Part shown: positions 30,413-39,288 of the stretch, one piece after another
Position numbering within the stretch: position 1 is the stretch's first letter
Layout of the letters: every line of letters begins with the position of its first letter
Assembly: GCA_965205215.1 (NCBI GenBank)
Contig: OZ242041.1
Coordinates: 1,344,001-1,408,000 of the forward strand
DNA: 64,000 nt
Origin: Nitrosopumilus sp.
GTDB lineage: Archaea > Thermoproteota > Nitrososphaeria > Nitrososphaerales > Nitrosopumilaceae
Direction of reading: 5' to 3'
The notes under the pieces: model-generated
What the model was told of the DNA's origin: nothing
Databases searched by the model: none
What the model saw: the letters and a program-made list of their open reading frames with translations, nothing else
Made by a program: the position numbers and the translations under genes

Positions 30413-31489
30413 TTAGCCGCGACCCGAGCCCAGGTAGTCGGACTTTAGCCTCTCGTACATGTCACCCAACCTGTCGTACAGCCGCCTCGGCCGCCTCGGC
30501 TCCTCGTTTGACATCACGTACAGCGCAAGTATGGGGAACGCAATCGTGGCGTCCGCGTACACGGTTGCCATCCCGCTGTGGGCGTCCTGTATCTTGCCCC
30601 AGCTCTTGCCCTCCTGCAGGGTGGCCCCTGACAGCCCGCCCGTATCTGGACGCGCATCGGTGATCTGTATGATGTAGTCCTGCCCCCCGTCGTTCCTCCT
30701 CAGTATCTGATCAAGCAGGGGCCCCGTCTGCTGCGCCGTGTTCTTTGGAACCCCTCCTCCCAGCTCTACTATTCCGGACTTTGCCGAGTCGTACACTATT
30801 GCGGCCTGCTCCAGTATCTCCCTTGCAAAGTCCAGCCTGTACTCCTTTCCGCCCAGCCTGTGCGCGGCCAGGTTGAGGGCAAGCGACGAGTCCTTCAGGG
30901 TCGATATGTACAGGGGCACCCCCTGCTTGTATGCCGACGTAACAAAGCTCCTCTCCGGATACTTGGCATGCTCCAAGCTTGCCTTTCCCATCGCGTTGCA
31001 GAACTCGGCCGTCGTGAACGACGCGCCGGAGAAGCTGTCCCCCCCGAACATCTTTTGGACTATCTGGTCCTGCGCCTCCAGCGTCTCGTAAAATTTTATG
31101 TAAACGTCGCGTATCCTCACGATCTCGTTCTCGTAGAGCCTTGCGTCGTCGACCTCGGAGCTGCCCTGCTTTACCGGCAGCCCCCACGCGAAGTGATCCT
31201 CGTGGTATACGTTGGCGCCAGTGGATATTATCCAGTCCACGAATCCGCGCTCGATAAGGGTGCTTATGATGCCGCCGAGCCCGACCGGCGTCAGCGCGCC
31301 TGATACGGTCAGGCATATGACGGCATCCTCCCGCACCATCGTCCTGTACAGGTTTGCGGCCTCGCCGAGCTTTCTTGCATTGTATCCGGATCCCGCGAAC
31401 AGGTCCACCAGGTCCGAAATGGTCATGTCTGGCCTTATCGACGCGTGTTGCACATCCCTGCCACAAAACTCGTGGGGATCGCCATGCAT
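30413..31489 (-). CDS. Deoxyhypusine synthase family protein (possibly homospermidine-synthase-like)
   Basis: STGANVYH, GGGVPKN, DTGGLSGAT, SWGK active-site Lys, DATIAFP. Confidence 0.88.
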   Translation of the reverse strand: MHGDPHEFCGRDVQHASIRPDMTISDLVDLFAGSGYNARKLGEAANLYRTMVREDAVICLTVSGALTPVGLGGIISTLIERGFVDWIISTGANVYHEDHFAWGLPVKQGSSEVDDARLYENEIVRIRDVYIKFYETLEAQDQIVQKMFGGDSFSGASFTTAEFCNAMGKASLEHAKYPERSFVTSAYKQGVPLYISTLKDSSLALNLAAHRLGGKEYRLDFAREILEQAAIVYDSAKSGIVELGGGVPKNTAQQTGPLLDQILRRNDGGQDYIIQITDARPDTGGLSGATLQEGKSWGKIQDAHSGMATVYADATIAFPILALYVMSNEEPRRPRRLYDRLGDMYERLKSDYLGSGRG

Positions 31490-31704
31490 GCCATGCGCGT
31501 GCCTGGTGCGTAATTATCCCTTACTGATCGGCGCGCTGGGGCCGGTTGAAGTTTCATGCCGGGGGCCGCAGGATGCGGCGCCCCCTCCCGGGACGGGTCT
31601 GGAACCGACCCTGGCGCGTACGTCGGTCGCGCGCGCCGGTCGCGCGCGGACGCGCCCCCTCCCGCGCGGCCAAGTCCATATAGTGCAGCGACCCATACTG
31701 CAAC

Positions 31705-32082
31705 ATGAGAGTCACAGAGGTGCGCGACCCGCGCAAGGTAGAACGCGCACCCGACGGCGTCGCCACAGTGCTGGACTCGGGCCGGATGGCCCACGACGAG
31801 TTTGTCATCAGGAAAGTCGAGCTGCGCCTCTATGTTGACGGGGGCGTCTCCGGCGACCCGCGTGGGCCTTACTCGCTTGTCACGTCGTATGTGGAGACAG
31901 ACAAGGGTTCAGTTGAGATTACGTACGACGAGGGGTTCCTCGGTGAGAGGCCGCTAGAGTCTGCCGGACGCCTGCTGTCTGAGCACCTCGGACTGTCTGC
32001 CCTGGTGCTGCGCTCCATGATCTCCCTTAGGGCGCGCATTGCGGGGCGGGGCGCGCCTGCCGGCGGTGCGGGAGGAAAATGA
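31705..32082 (+). CDS. Hypothetical protein
   Basis: ATG start, GC3-biased, protein-like; divergent from the DHS gene. Confidence 0.65.
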   Translation: MRVTEVRDPRKVERAPDGVATVLDSGRMAHDEFVIRKVELRLYVDGGVSGDPRGPYSLVTSYVETDKGSVEITYDEGFLGERPLESAGRLLSEHLGLSALVLRSMISLRARIAGRGAPAGGAGGK

Positions 32083-32110
32083 CCCTGCGCCATTCTGCCG
32101 GGCGCAGGGC

Positions 32111-32319
32111 GGCGCCTGCCGCAATACGGCGCCTGCCGCAATACGGCGCCTGCCGCAATACGGCGCCTGCCGCAATACGGCGCCTGCCGCAATACGGCGC
32201 CTGCCGCAATACGGCGCCTGCCGCAATACGGCGCCTGCCGCAATACGGCGCCTGCCGCAATACGGCGCCTGCCGCAATACGGCGCCTGCCGCAATACGGC
32301 GCCTGCCGCAATACGGCGC
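32111..32319. repeat. Perfect 17-bp minisatellite, 12 copies
   Basis: ggcgcctgccgcaatac x12 (32111-32314) plus a partial unit. Confidence 0.97.
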
Positions 32320-32707
32320 TCGCGTACCCTTCCTTTATTGCGGCGGCAGCTGTTGTGACAACGACGGCGGCGACCCCGATTGTAATTATGATACTGCCGC
32401 CACCGCCGCCGCGCGATTCCGGGCGCCCGCGTGCACCGACGACGCTCCTCCAGTTGCATGCTGGGCGCCCGGCAACCGGACTGTGTAGCTCAACACGCGT
32501 GCGCATGCTGCCGATGCCTGACCCGCAGCGTTGTGGCAGGGCGGCGAATGGCATTTGCCGTCAGCATGCCCGCCACCGCACGCGTGACCCCGCCTCCCGC
32601 TGTCCGAACGCCCCGCTGTCCCCCCTCTCCCGCCGTCCCGCACCCGTCTGGCAATCTCGTACATGCCCAATGAAACACTTAATTCGACTCTGGCTTGAGT
32701 TCGCCTT

Positions 32708-34717
32708 ATGCGCATACTGCAGCTCCACTGCGACAGCATAGAGTACACCCCCACAAAAAAGGAGAACAAGATGGCCGAAGATCTGGAGGACATGTCGACC
32801 CTGCGCCTCGAGGAGGTGGTGGTGGCATTTGTCGCAGTGGAGGCCGGCGACAACTCTTCTGTGGCGACCGAGGCCATCCAGCAGATACGGGCCTCGATGC
32901 TGAACGTCGGGTGCACCCGGCTGCTCCTGTATCCGTACGCCCACCTCAGCTCGGATCTTGCCAAGCCGTCGACCGCACTCGGACTGCTTGAGGAGATGGA
33001 GGATCATGCCAGGGAGGCAGACGGGACGCTTGAGGTGTCCCGGGCCCCGTTTGGGTGGACAAAGTCGTACCACGTCAAGGTAAAGGGGCACCCGCTTGCA
33101 GAGTCCTCAAAGGTGATCAGATCCGATTCGCTGGAACCGCAACATGCCACTTCCGCGCGTGAGCCGCCTGCGGGTTCGGCCACGGCCGCCACCACCGCGC
33201 CGCGCGCCCGATCTGGGAGGAAAGGAGAAGGAAAGGAAGGCGGCAGCGGCGCTGGTACTGATAATGACGACGACGACGACGACGACAAGTCGCACGCGCT
33301 CGAGCGCGAATCAAGGCTAAAGTCCCACTGGCGCATACTCACCTCGGACGGAAACCTGGTGGAGATAGACGAGTTTGACTTTACGGGGCACAAAAAGCTC
33401 GAGACCCTTGCAAAGTATGAGTCAGAAAAGCAGCGGCACGTCGACGAGCCGCCGCCGCACGTGGCCCTGATGAAGCGGCTTGCCATTGCCGACTATGAGC
33501 ACGCGTCGGATCACGGAAACATGCGGTTCTTCCCCAACGGCCGCCTCATAAAGTCCCTCATCGAGTCCCACGTTACAAACCGCGTAAAGGAGTACGGCGG
33601 CTACGAGGTGGAGACGCCGATAATGTACGACTCGGAGCATCCCAGCATGGTGAGCTACTTTAACAGATTTCCCGCAAGGCAGTACACGATAGACTCTGAG
33701 GGCAAGCGACTCTTTCTGAGGTTCGCTGCGTGCTTTGGGCAATTCCTGATGGCCCACCAGTTCCAGATGTCGCACCACAACCTTCCGTACCGGCTGTACG
33801 AGATGACGCGCTACAGCTTCCGCCGGGAGCAGACAGGCGAGCTGGTGGGGCTGCGCCGGCTGCGGGCATTCACAATGCCCGACTGCCACGCGTTCTGCAA
33901 GGACATGGACCAGGCAATCGACGAGATTGAAGTGCGCTTCAAGCTGTCGCAGCGCGTGCTGTCCGAGATGGGCATCCCGGGCGACGACTATGAGATGGCA
34001 ATAAGGTTTACAGAGGACTTTTACAACGATCACCGGGGCGTCATAAACCGGCTGGCCGCGGCGCACGGCAAGCCCATGCTGGTGGAGATGTGGAAGGAGC
34101 GGTTCTTCTACTTTGTGCTAAAGTGGGAGTTCAACTACATCGACAACATGGGCAAGGCATCTGCCCTCTCCACAGACCAGATCGACGTGGAGAACGGGAG
34201 CAGGTATGGCATCACGTTTGTCGACGAGGACAACAACCGGATCCATCCGATAATACTGCACAACTCGCCCAGCGGTGCAGTGGAGCGCATAATATACACG
34301 CTGCTTGAAAAGGCGGCCGCCGACTCCAAGGAGGGCAGGCGTCCCATGCTTCCGCTGTGGCTCTCGCCCACGCAGGTGCGGATCATACCCGTCAAGGAGG
34401 AGTTTGTGGGCCTTGCCGAGTCGTTTGCGTCGGGGCTCACGACGCGCGGCATAAGGGCCGACATCGACGACCGCAACCAGAGCATAGGAAAGCGGATCAG
34501 GGAGGCAGAAAAGGAGTGGGCCCCGTACACCCTGGTGGTGGGCGAGCAGGAGTCCAAGTCGGGAAGGCTGAGCGTCAGGAGCCGGGAGGACGGACGCGTC
34601 AAGGAGATGACGCCAGATGATCTGTTACGGGAGATAAGGTCAAAGACCGAGGGCATGCCGGCTGCCGGCCTCAACATGCCCGCGCACCTCTCTAAAAGAC
34701 CGCAGCTGATGGTGTGA
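32708..34717 (+). CDS. thrS: Threonine--tRNA ligase, archaeal type
   Basis: MRILQLH editing domain, YPYAHLS, RAPFGW, LRFAACFG, FRRE, HNSPSGAVER, PLWLSPTQVR. Confidence 0.97.
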   Translation: MRILQLHCDSIEYTPTKKENKMAEDLEDMSTLRLEEVVVAFVAVEAGDNSSVATEAIQQIRASMLNVGCTRLLLYPYAHLSSDLAKPSTALGLLEEMEDHAREADGTLEVSRAPFGWTKSYHVKVKGHPLAESSKVIRSDSLEPQHATSAREPPAGSATAATTAPRARSGRKGEGKEGGSGAGTDNDDDDDDDKSHALERESRLKSHWRILTSDGNLVEIDEFDFTGHKKLETLAKYESEKQRHVDEPPPHVALMKRLAIADYEHASDHGNMRFFPNGRLIKSLIESHVTNRVKEYGGYEVETPIMYDSEHPSMVSYFNRFPARQYTIDSEGKRLFLRFAACFGQFLMAHQFQMSHHNLPYRLYEMTRYSFRREQTGELVGLRRLRAFTMPDCHAFCKDMDQAIDEIEVRFKLSQRVLSEMGIPGDDYEMAIRFTEDFYNDHRGVINRLAAAHGKPMLVEMWKERFFYFVLKWEFNYIDNMGKASALSTDQIDVENGSRYGITFVDEDNNRIHPIILHNSPSGAVERIIYTLLEKAAADSKEGRRPMLPLWLSPTQVRIIPVKEEFVGLAESFASGLTTRGIRADIDDRNQSIGKRIREAEKEWAPYTLVVGEQESKSGRLSVRSREDGRVKEMTPDDLLREIRSKTEGMPAAGLNMPAHLSKRPQLMV

Positions 34718-35652
34718 TGAGCTACGCAGACCTGTACCTGGGGGGAAGCGGCCCGCTGATATCGGGATCCGCGCCGTCCGCAAGGCCACGCGACAGCGGC
34801 AGCGACGGCGACAGCAACGGCGGCGCGGGGCCCGCGTGCTCCGTATTTGGGGTGCCCTTTGACGCTACCCACTCGTACAGGCCCGGCTGCAGGTTTGGCC
34901 CCGGCGCCATACGCTCGGCGTTCCACAACATAGAGGTGTTTCATCCGGAGATGGGGGTCGACTTGGAGGCCGTCCCGATCCGGGATCTGGGGGACATGCC
35001 GCACACGGCCTCCCCCGAGCGCATGATCGACGCGGCGCGCCGCGTAACAGAGGACCTCCTGAACCGGGGGCAGGGGCCCGTCTTCATGCTGGGCGGCGAG
35101 CACCTTGCCACGTACGGGACATACACGGCGTTTCCAAGAGGCGTCGGATACGTGGTGTTTGACGCGCACTACGACCTACGCGACGAGTACGGGGACGTGA
35201 GGCTCAACCACGCCACGTACCTGCGCCGCATCGCCGAGGAGCGCGGGACGGACTGCATACTTCACGTCGGCGCGAGGGCCTTTGCGGCCGAGGAGCTCGC
35301 ATACCTGAAGGACGGCGGCATCAGGACCATATCCGACTCGGACGTGCGGGACGGCGGGGCGCCGCGGATACTCCGCGACTTTGCGTCCTCGTTTGACTCC
35401 GTGTACGCGAGCTTTGATCTCGACGTGCTTGATCCGGCGTTTGCGCCCGGGGTGGGGAACCCGGAGGCCGAGGGCATAACGCCGCGGGAACTGTTCGGAA
35501 TGGCAAGGACCCTTGCATCCGACGGCATACGCGTGGCGGGAGGCGACATCGTGGAGCTGAACCCGTCGTACGACACGGGCGCAACTGCAGCGCTGGCAGC
35601 CAAGATCCTGTCCACGCTTGTCGCCGCCTCGCAGTCGTCCGGGCGCGCGTAG
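34714..35652 (+). CDS. speB: Agmatinase
   Basis: GVPFD, GGEH, DAHYD, DLDVLDP.FAPG, DIVELNP. Confidence 0.92.
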   Translation: MMSYADLYLGGSGPLISGSAPSARPRDSGSDGDSNGGAGPACSVFGVPFDATHSYRPGCRFGPGAIRSAFHNIEVFHPEMGVDLEAVPIRDLGDMPHTASPERMIDAARRVTEDLLNRGQGPVFMLGGEHLATYGTYTAFPRGVGYVVFDAHYDLRDEYGDVRLNHATYLRRIAEERGTDCILHVGARAFAAEELAYLKDGGIRTISDSDVRDGGAPRILRDFASSFDSVYASFDLDVLDPAFAPGVGNPEAEGITPRELFGMARTLASDGIRVAGGDIVELNPSYDTGATAALAAKILSTLVAASQSSGRA

Positions 35653-35720
35653 GCCTGCTGCCTGAGCCGGACGGGGCGCGTAAAACAGGACTTTATAGTG
35701 ATCCCGCGCACATGCAGTTG

Positions 35721-36344
35721 ATGCTAAACAACCTCCGCGAGTCGCTCGGGCCCGCCCTTGAGAGGATGGGCCGCGGGTTTGCCGCGACCGGGCTGTCGCC
35801 CAACTTTTGGACCGGGCTGGGCCTTGCGCTCGCCATGGCCGCCGCCGTATCGTACGGGCTCGGACCGCACTTGGGGATGCACGAGGAGACGCACCTCGGG
35901 GTGTTGCGGCAGATGTCGGGGTACGGACTGCTTGCAGGCGGGATCCTGCTGCTCGGATCGGGGTTCTTTGACATGGTGGACGGGCAGGTCGCACGCGTCA
36001 CCGGAAAGGCCTCGCAGAGGGGCTCGTACCTCGACTCTGTGTCAGACAAGATTGCCGAGTCCGCGATATTTGTCGGGATCGCCGTGGGGGGGTATGCGGA
36101 GCCGTGGCTCGTCGTGCTTGCCGCCACGCTCTCGCTGCTCGTAAGCTATGCGAGGGCAAAGTCCGACGCGCTTGGGATACGCATGCAGGGTGTCGGGATC
36201 GGGGAGAGGGCCGAGCGCCTGCTCGTCATTGCCATAGTCGGGATGGCGGGGTACATGGAACTCGCCCTGGTTGTCGTGGCCGTAATATCGGCGGTCACGC
36301 TGGTTCAGCGCATGGCGTCGACGTCCAGGCAGCTGCCGCCCTGA
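35721..36344 (+). CDS. CDP-alcohol phosphatidyltransferase
   Basis: SPN..T and DMVDGQVAR...G.YLDSVSD motif. Confidence 0.92.
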   Translation: MLNNLRESLGPALERMGRGFAATGLSPNFWTGLGLALAMAAAVSYGLGPHLGMHEETHLGVLRQMSGYGLLAGGILLLGSGFFDMVDGQVARVTGKASQRGSYLDSVSDKIAESAIFVGIAVGGYAEPWLVVLAATLSLLVSYARAKSDALGIRMQGVGIGERAERLLVIAIVGMAGYMELALVVVAVISAVTLVQRMASTSRQLPP

Positions 36345-36470
36345 TGACATTATCTGGCGCCGGCCTCCGATATTGGCTCTGCGCGGGGGCCTGGGCGCGC
36401 GCACTATCTTGAGCATCTGGTGTCCACGACGGCTCTGCGCCCGCGCATGCCTGCGGGGCACCCGCGCCAG

Positions 36471-36758
36471 CTAGCGCAGCTTGCCGCGCTTGCGCCTGTT
36501 GTCTGCCGACCTTATCTTTAGTATCTTGAAGTGTATCGCGCACGATATGCAGTACCACTTTAGGACGGTTGGGGACGCGATGTACGCACCCTGCGCCCGC
36601 AGCTCCTTTGCCAGCGTGTGCTCTACCAGGTTGAGCCGGGACGTGACCTTTTTTGCCTTGTCCTTTGGAACCGTCTGTCCGCAGTTGGTGCACTGGACCA
36701 CTCCAGAGTAGCCCTTGCCGCCTTTCGTGCGCCCGCGGCTCGCGCGCTTCAATGGCAT
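36471..36758 (-). CDS. rps26e: 30S ribosomal protein S26e
   Basis: MP.KR...GR.K, CTNCG..VPKDKA, YCISCAIH. Confidence 0.95.
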   Translation of the reverse strand: MPLKRASRGRTKGGKGYSGVVQCTNCGQTVPKDKAKKVTSRLNLVEHTLAKELRAQGAYIASPTVLKWYCISCAIHFKILKIRSADNRRKRGKLR

Positions 36759-36922
36759 GCAGTGCGGACGCCGTGCCTCCTTATAATCCTGCGCATGGCA
36801 ATCTGATCCGAGTCGGCCAAATAATCACAGCGTCCGCGGCTTGCCGCGCTCTTGGTTCCACGCGTATGTGACGTTTCACCGGCCATGCGCCGTGTACGTT
36901 GCAGGAGGCATCGGGTATGGGA

Positions 36923-36962
36923 TGGCAGTGGCAGTGGCAGTGGCAGTGGCAGTGGCAGTGGT
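36923..36962. repeat. (TGGCAG)n microsatellite
   Basis: About 6.5 tandem copies. Confidence 0.85.
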
Positions 36963-37170
36963 GGCGGATACGACCTATTCGACTTTCATGCATTGCCTGT
37001 CGTTGGAAGGAACTCCTTCCTCCAAATGTAATGCCCGGCACGTGGCCAAAGAACGCATGGGGCAGTCAAAGGTACGCGAGCCCCGCCGCTTTCCGGCTTG
37101 TGTGAGCCCCAAGGGTCTGCCTGTTTCCTACTATGATCATCTTTTAATCTGAGTGTGTGCATAATGATGC

Positions 37171-37287
37171 ATGGAGCACACGGTCGGACTGTGCCACTTC
37201 TGCCTGCGCTCAAACGTGAGGCTGATAGTGTCGCGCGGGCGCATACTGTGTGCGGACTGCTTGGAAAAGGCCGATGCAAAAAACTAA
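37171..37287 (+). CDS. Zinc-finger microprotein (38 aa)
   Basis: MEHTVGLCHFCLRSNVRLIVSRGRILCADCLEKADAKN; TTTTAAT at about 37142. Confidence 0.65.
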   Translation: MEHTVGLCHFCLRSNVRLIVSRGRILCADCLEKADAKN

Positions 37288-37311
37288 ATCGGCACAGGAA
37301 GCCGGAAGCCT

Positions 37312-38199
37312 GTGGCAAAGAAAAGCCTTGCCGTGTACGGGCACTGCACCATCGACAGCATTACTGTAGGGGGCCAGACTCACGAGCAGATCGGAGGCTC
37401 TGCATGCTACTGCGCGCTCGTGGCGCGCCAGTTCGGGTTCGCGGCCCGCATGGTTACCCGGTTCGGCCCGGACTTTCCAAGACAGTACCTCGACGACAAC
37501 GGGATATCGTACAGTGGCGCCTCGGTGTCGGACTCCGGCACCACTCGGTTCTCAATCACCGTGGAGGGCGCCGAACGGACGCTGCGCCTGGCGCATGCGT
37601 GCGACGACATACCGTACGAGCGCGCGGACGGCGCGGACTGCACCATCGCAAGCCCCTTGTGCGGGGAGATCTCTACCGACGTCTTCTCGGAGATAAGGAG
37701 GGACTCGAGGTTCCTGCTTGTGGACCCGCAGGGGTTTCTGAGGGTGCGGGAGGGCCACGGCGGCGACGTGGCGCTCCGGGACACCGACCTGGACCTGGCG
37801 GGTGTGGGGGCCATAAAGGTGAACGCCGACGAGGCGCGCCACCTGACCGGCGGGTCCGGGCAGGACGCCATGGTTGCGCTACAGAAAAAAGGCGTGGAGA
37901 ACGTGCTGTACACCGACAAGGCGGACATCTCGCTTCTCAACGGGGACAAGGTATACTCTATCAGGCTGCCAAACAAGAGCATCCATGACACGACCGGGGT
38001 GGGGGACATGTTCTGCGCGGCGTTCTGCTGCACCATGGTAAGGGAGCGGGACTTTCTGTGGGCCCTGTGCTTTGCGGGCGGCGCCGCGCAGGCGGCGCTG
38101 GACTCCAAAAAGGTCGGGTTGCAAAAGGTGCCGCGCAAGGGCGCCGTGCAGACGAACGCCTCCTACTTTTACAACATGGTGAACTTCAGGACGCTCTGA
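37312..38199 (+). CDS. PfkB-family carbohydrate kinase
   Basis: GGSACY, DPQG, KVNADEA, DTTGVGDMF. Confidence 0.9.
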   Translation: MAKKSLAVYGHCTIDSITVGGQTHEQIGGSACYCALVARQFGFAARMVTRFGPDFPRQYLDDNGISYSGASVSDSGTTRFSITVEGAERTLRLAHACDDIPYERADGADCTIASPLCGEISTDVFSEIRRDSRFLLVDPQGFLRVREGHGGDVALRDTDLDLAGVGAIKVNADEARHLTGGSGQDAMVALQKKGVENVLYTDKADISLLNGDKVYSIRLPNKSIHDTTGVGDMFCAAFCCTMVRERDFLWALCFAGGAAQAALDSKKVGLQKVPRKGAVQTNASYFYNMVNFRTL

Positions 38200-38262
38200 G
38201 CGCGGGCGCCGCACGGCGCGCATCCTGCCACTCTTTTTATTGCACGCGCGCCTTGGCACGTC

Positions 38263-39267
38263 ATGCACATCTGCATCTGCAGGCCCGCCGTGTCGGCCTC
38301 GGCCGCGCGCTCGATACAGAGGATACTGGAGCGCGCCGGGATATCCTCGGTGTCCACCGCGTCCCCCAAGTCCGCCGGGGACGCGGACTGCATCATCGTG
38401 CTCGGGGGCGACAAGGGCATGCGCACGTACTTTCACCGCGCGCAGGACGCGTCGGTCCCGGTCCTGGGGATCAGCGAGGGCGAGAGCGGGGGGTTTCTTG
38501 CGCAGATAGACCTCAGGGAGCTGCCGTCGCACGTGGACGTGCTAAAGCGGCAGAACTACACGATAGAGGAGTTTCCGCGGCTCGGGGTCCGGATCGACGG
38601 CAGGAACGCCTACCCCGTGCTCAACGACGCGGCGGTATTCCCCTCGAAGAGCGCCATGCTCATGGAGCACACGCTGCGGGTTAACGGCGACGAGGTCTGG
38701 CACGACAGCAGCGACGGCGTCATCGTGTCGACCCCGATAGGCTCCTCGGCGTACTCCATGTCGGCGGGCGGGCCCGTACTGTTCCAGGACGCGAGCGTCT
38801 TTGAGATAATGTCGGTCAACTCGCTTGACGTGACGCGGAGGCCGGTCATAGCGTCAAACGACAGCGTGATAGAGGTGGAGGACATATCCTCCAAGCTCCA
38901 CTGCGAGGTGGTGCTCGACGGACTTGACCGCCTCCGGGTGGACAAGTCGATGGAGTGCACGCAGTTCCACCCGCCGGCGAGGATAGTGCGGCTTCGAAAG
39001 TCGCCCACCGCCATCGCGGCCCTTGCAAAGAAGGTGCACCTGGCCGAGGATCTCCTCCGCATGCCCCCGAGCTCCAAGCTCATACTCAAGACCCTCGAGT
39101 ACGAGGGCGAGCTCACTCACAGGGAGCTTGAGAGGAAGACGCTTCTTCCCGGCCGGACCGTCCGGCTGGCCCTCCGCAACCTGGTGGAGAAGGGATACGT
39201 CAAGAAAAAGATCTCGGCCCGGGACGCCCGCCAGAAGATATACGAGATGTCGCACGGGATCAAGTGA
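38263..39267 (+). CDS. NAD(+) kinase with C-terminal winged-helix domain
   Basis: GGD, LND, DGVIVSTPIGSSAYSMSAGGP; C-terminal MPPSSKLILKTLEY...DARQKIY. Confidence 0.88.
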   Translation: MHICICRPAVSASAARSIQRILERAGISSVSTASPKSAGDADCIIVLGGDKGMRTYFHRAQDASVPVLGISEGESGGFLAQIDLRELPSHVDVLKRQNYTIEEFPRLGVRIDGRNAYPVLNDAAVFPSKSAMLMEHTLRVNGDEVWHDSSDGVIVSTPIGSSAYSMSAGGPVLFQDASVFEIMSVNSLDVTRRPVIASNDSVIEVEDISSKLHCEVVLDGLDRLRVDKSMECTQFHPPARIVRLRKSPTAIAALAKKVHLAEDLLRMPPSSKLILKTLEYEGELTHRELERKTLLPGRTVRLALRNLVEKGYVKKKISARDARQKIYEMSHGIK

Positions 39268-39288
39268 GCGCGGGGAGGACTGGCTCAG

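Noticed and set aside
32027-32741. Repeat-encoded ORFs (AAIRRLPQYG..., RQAPYCGRRR...) and a CRISPR call
   Set aside because: Open frames arise from a stop-free 17-mer; there are no spacers
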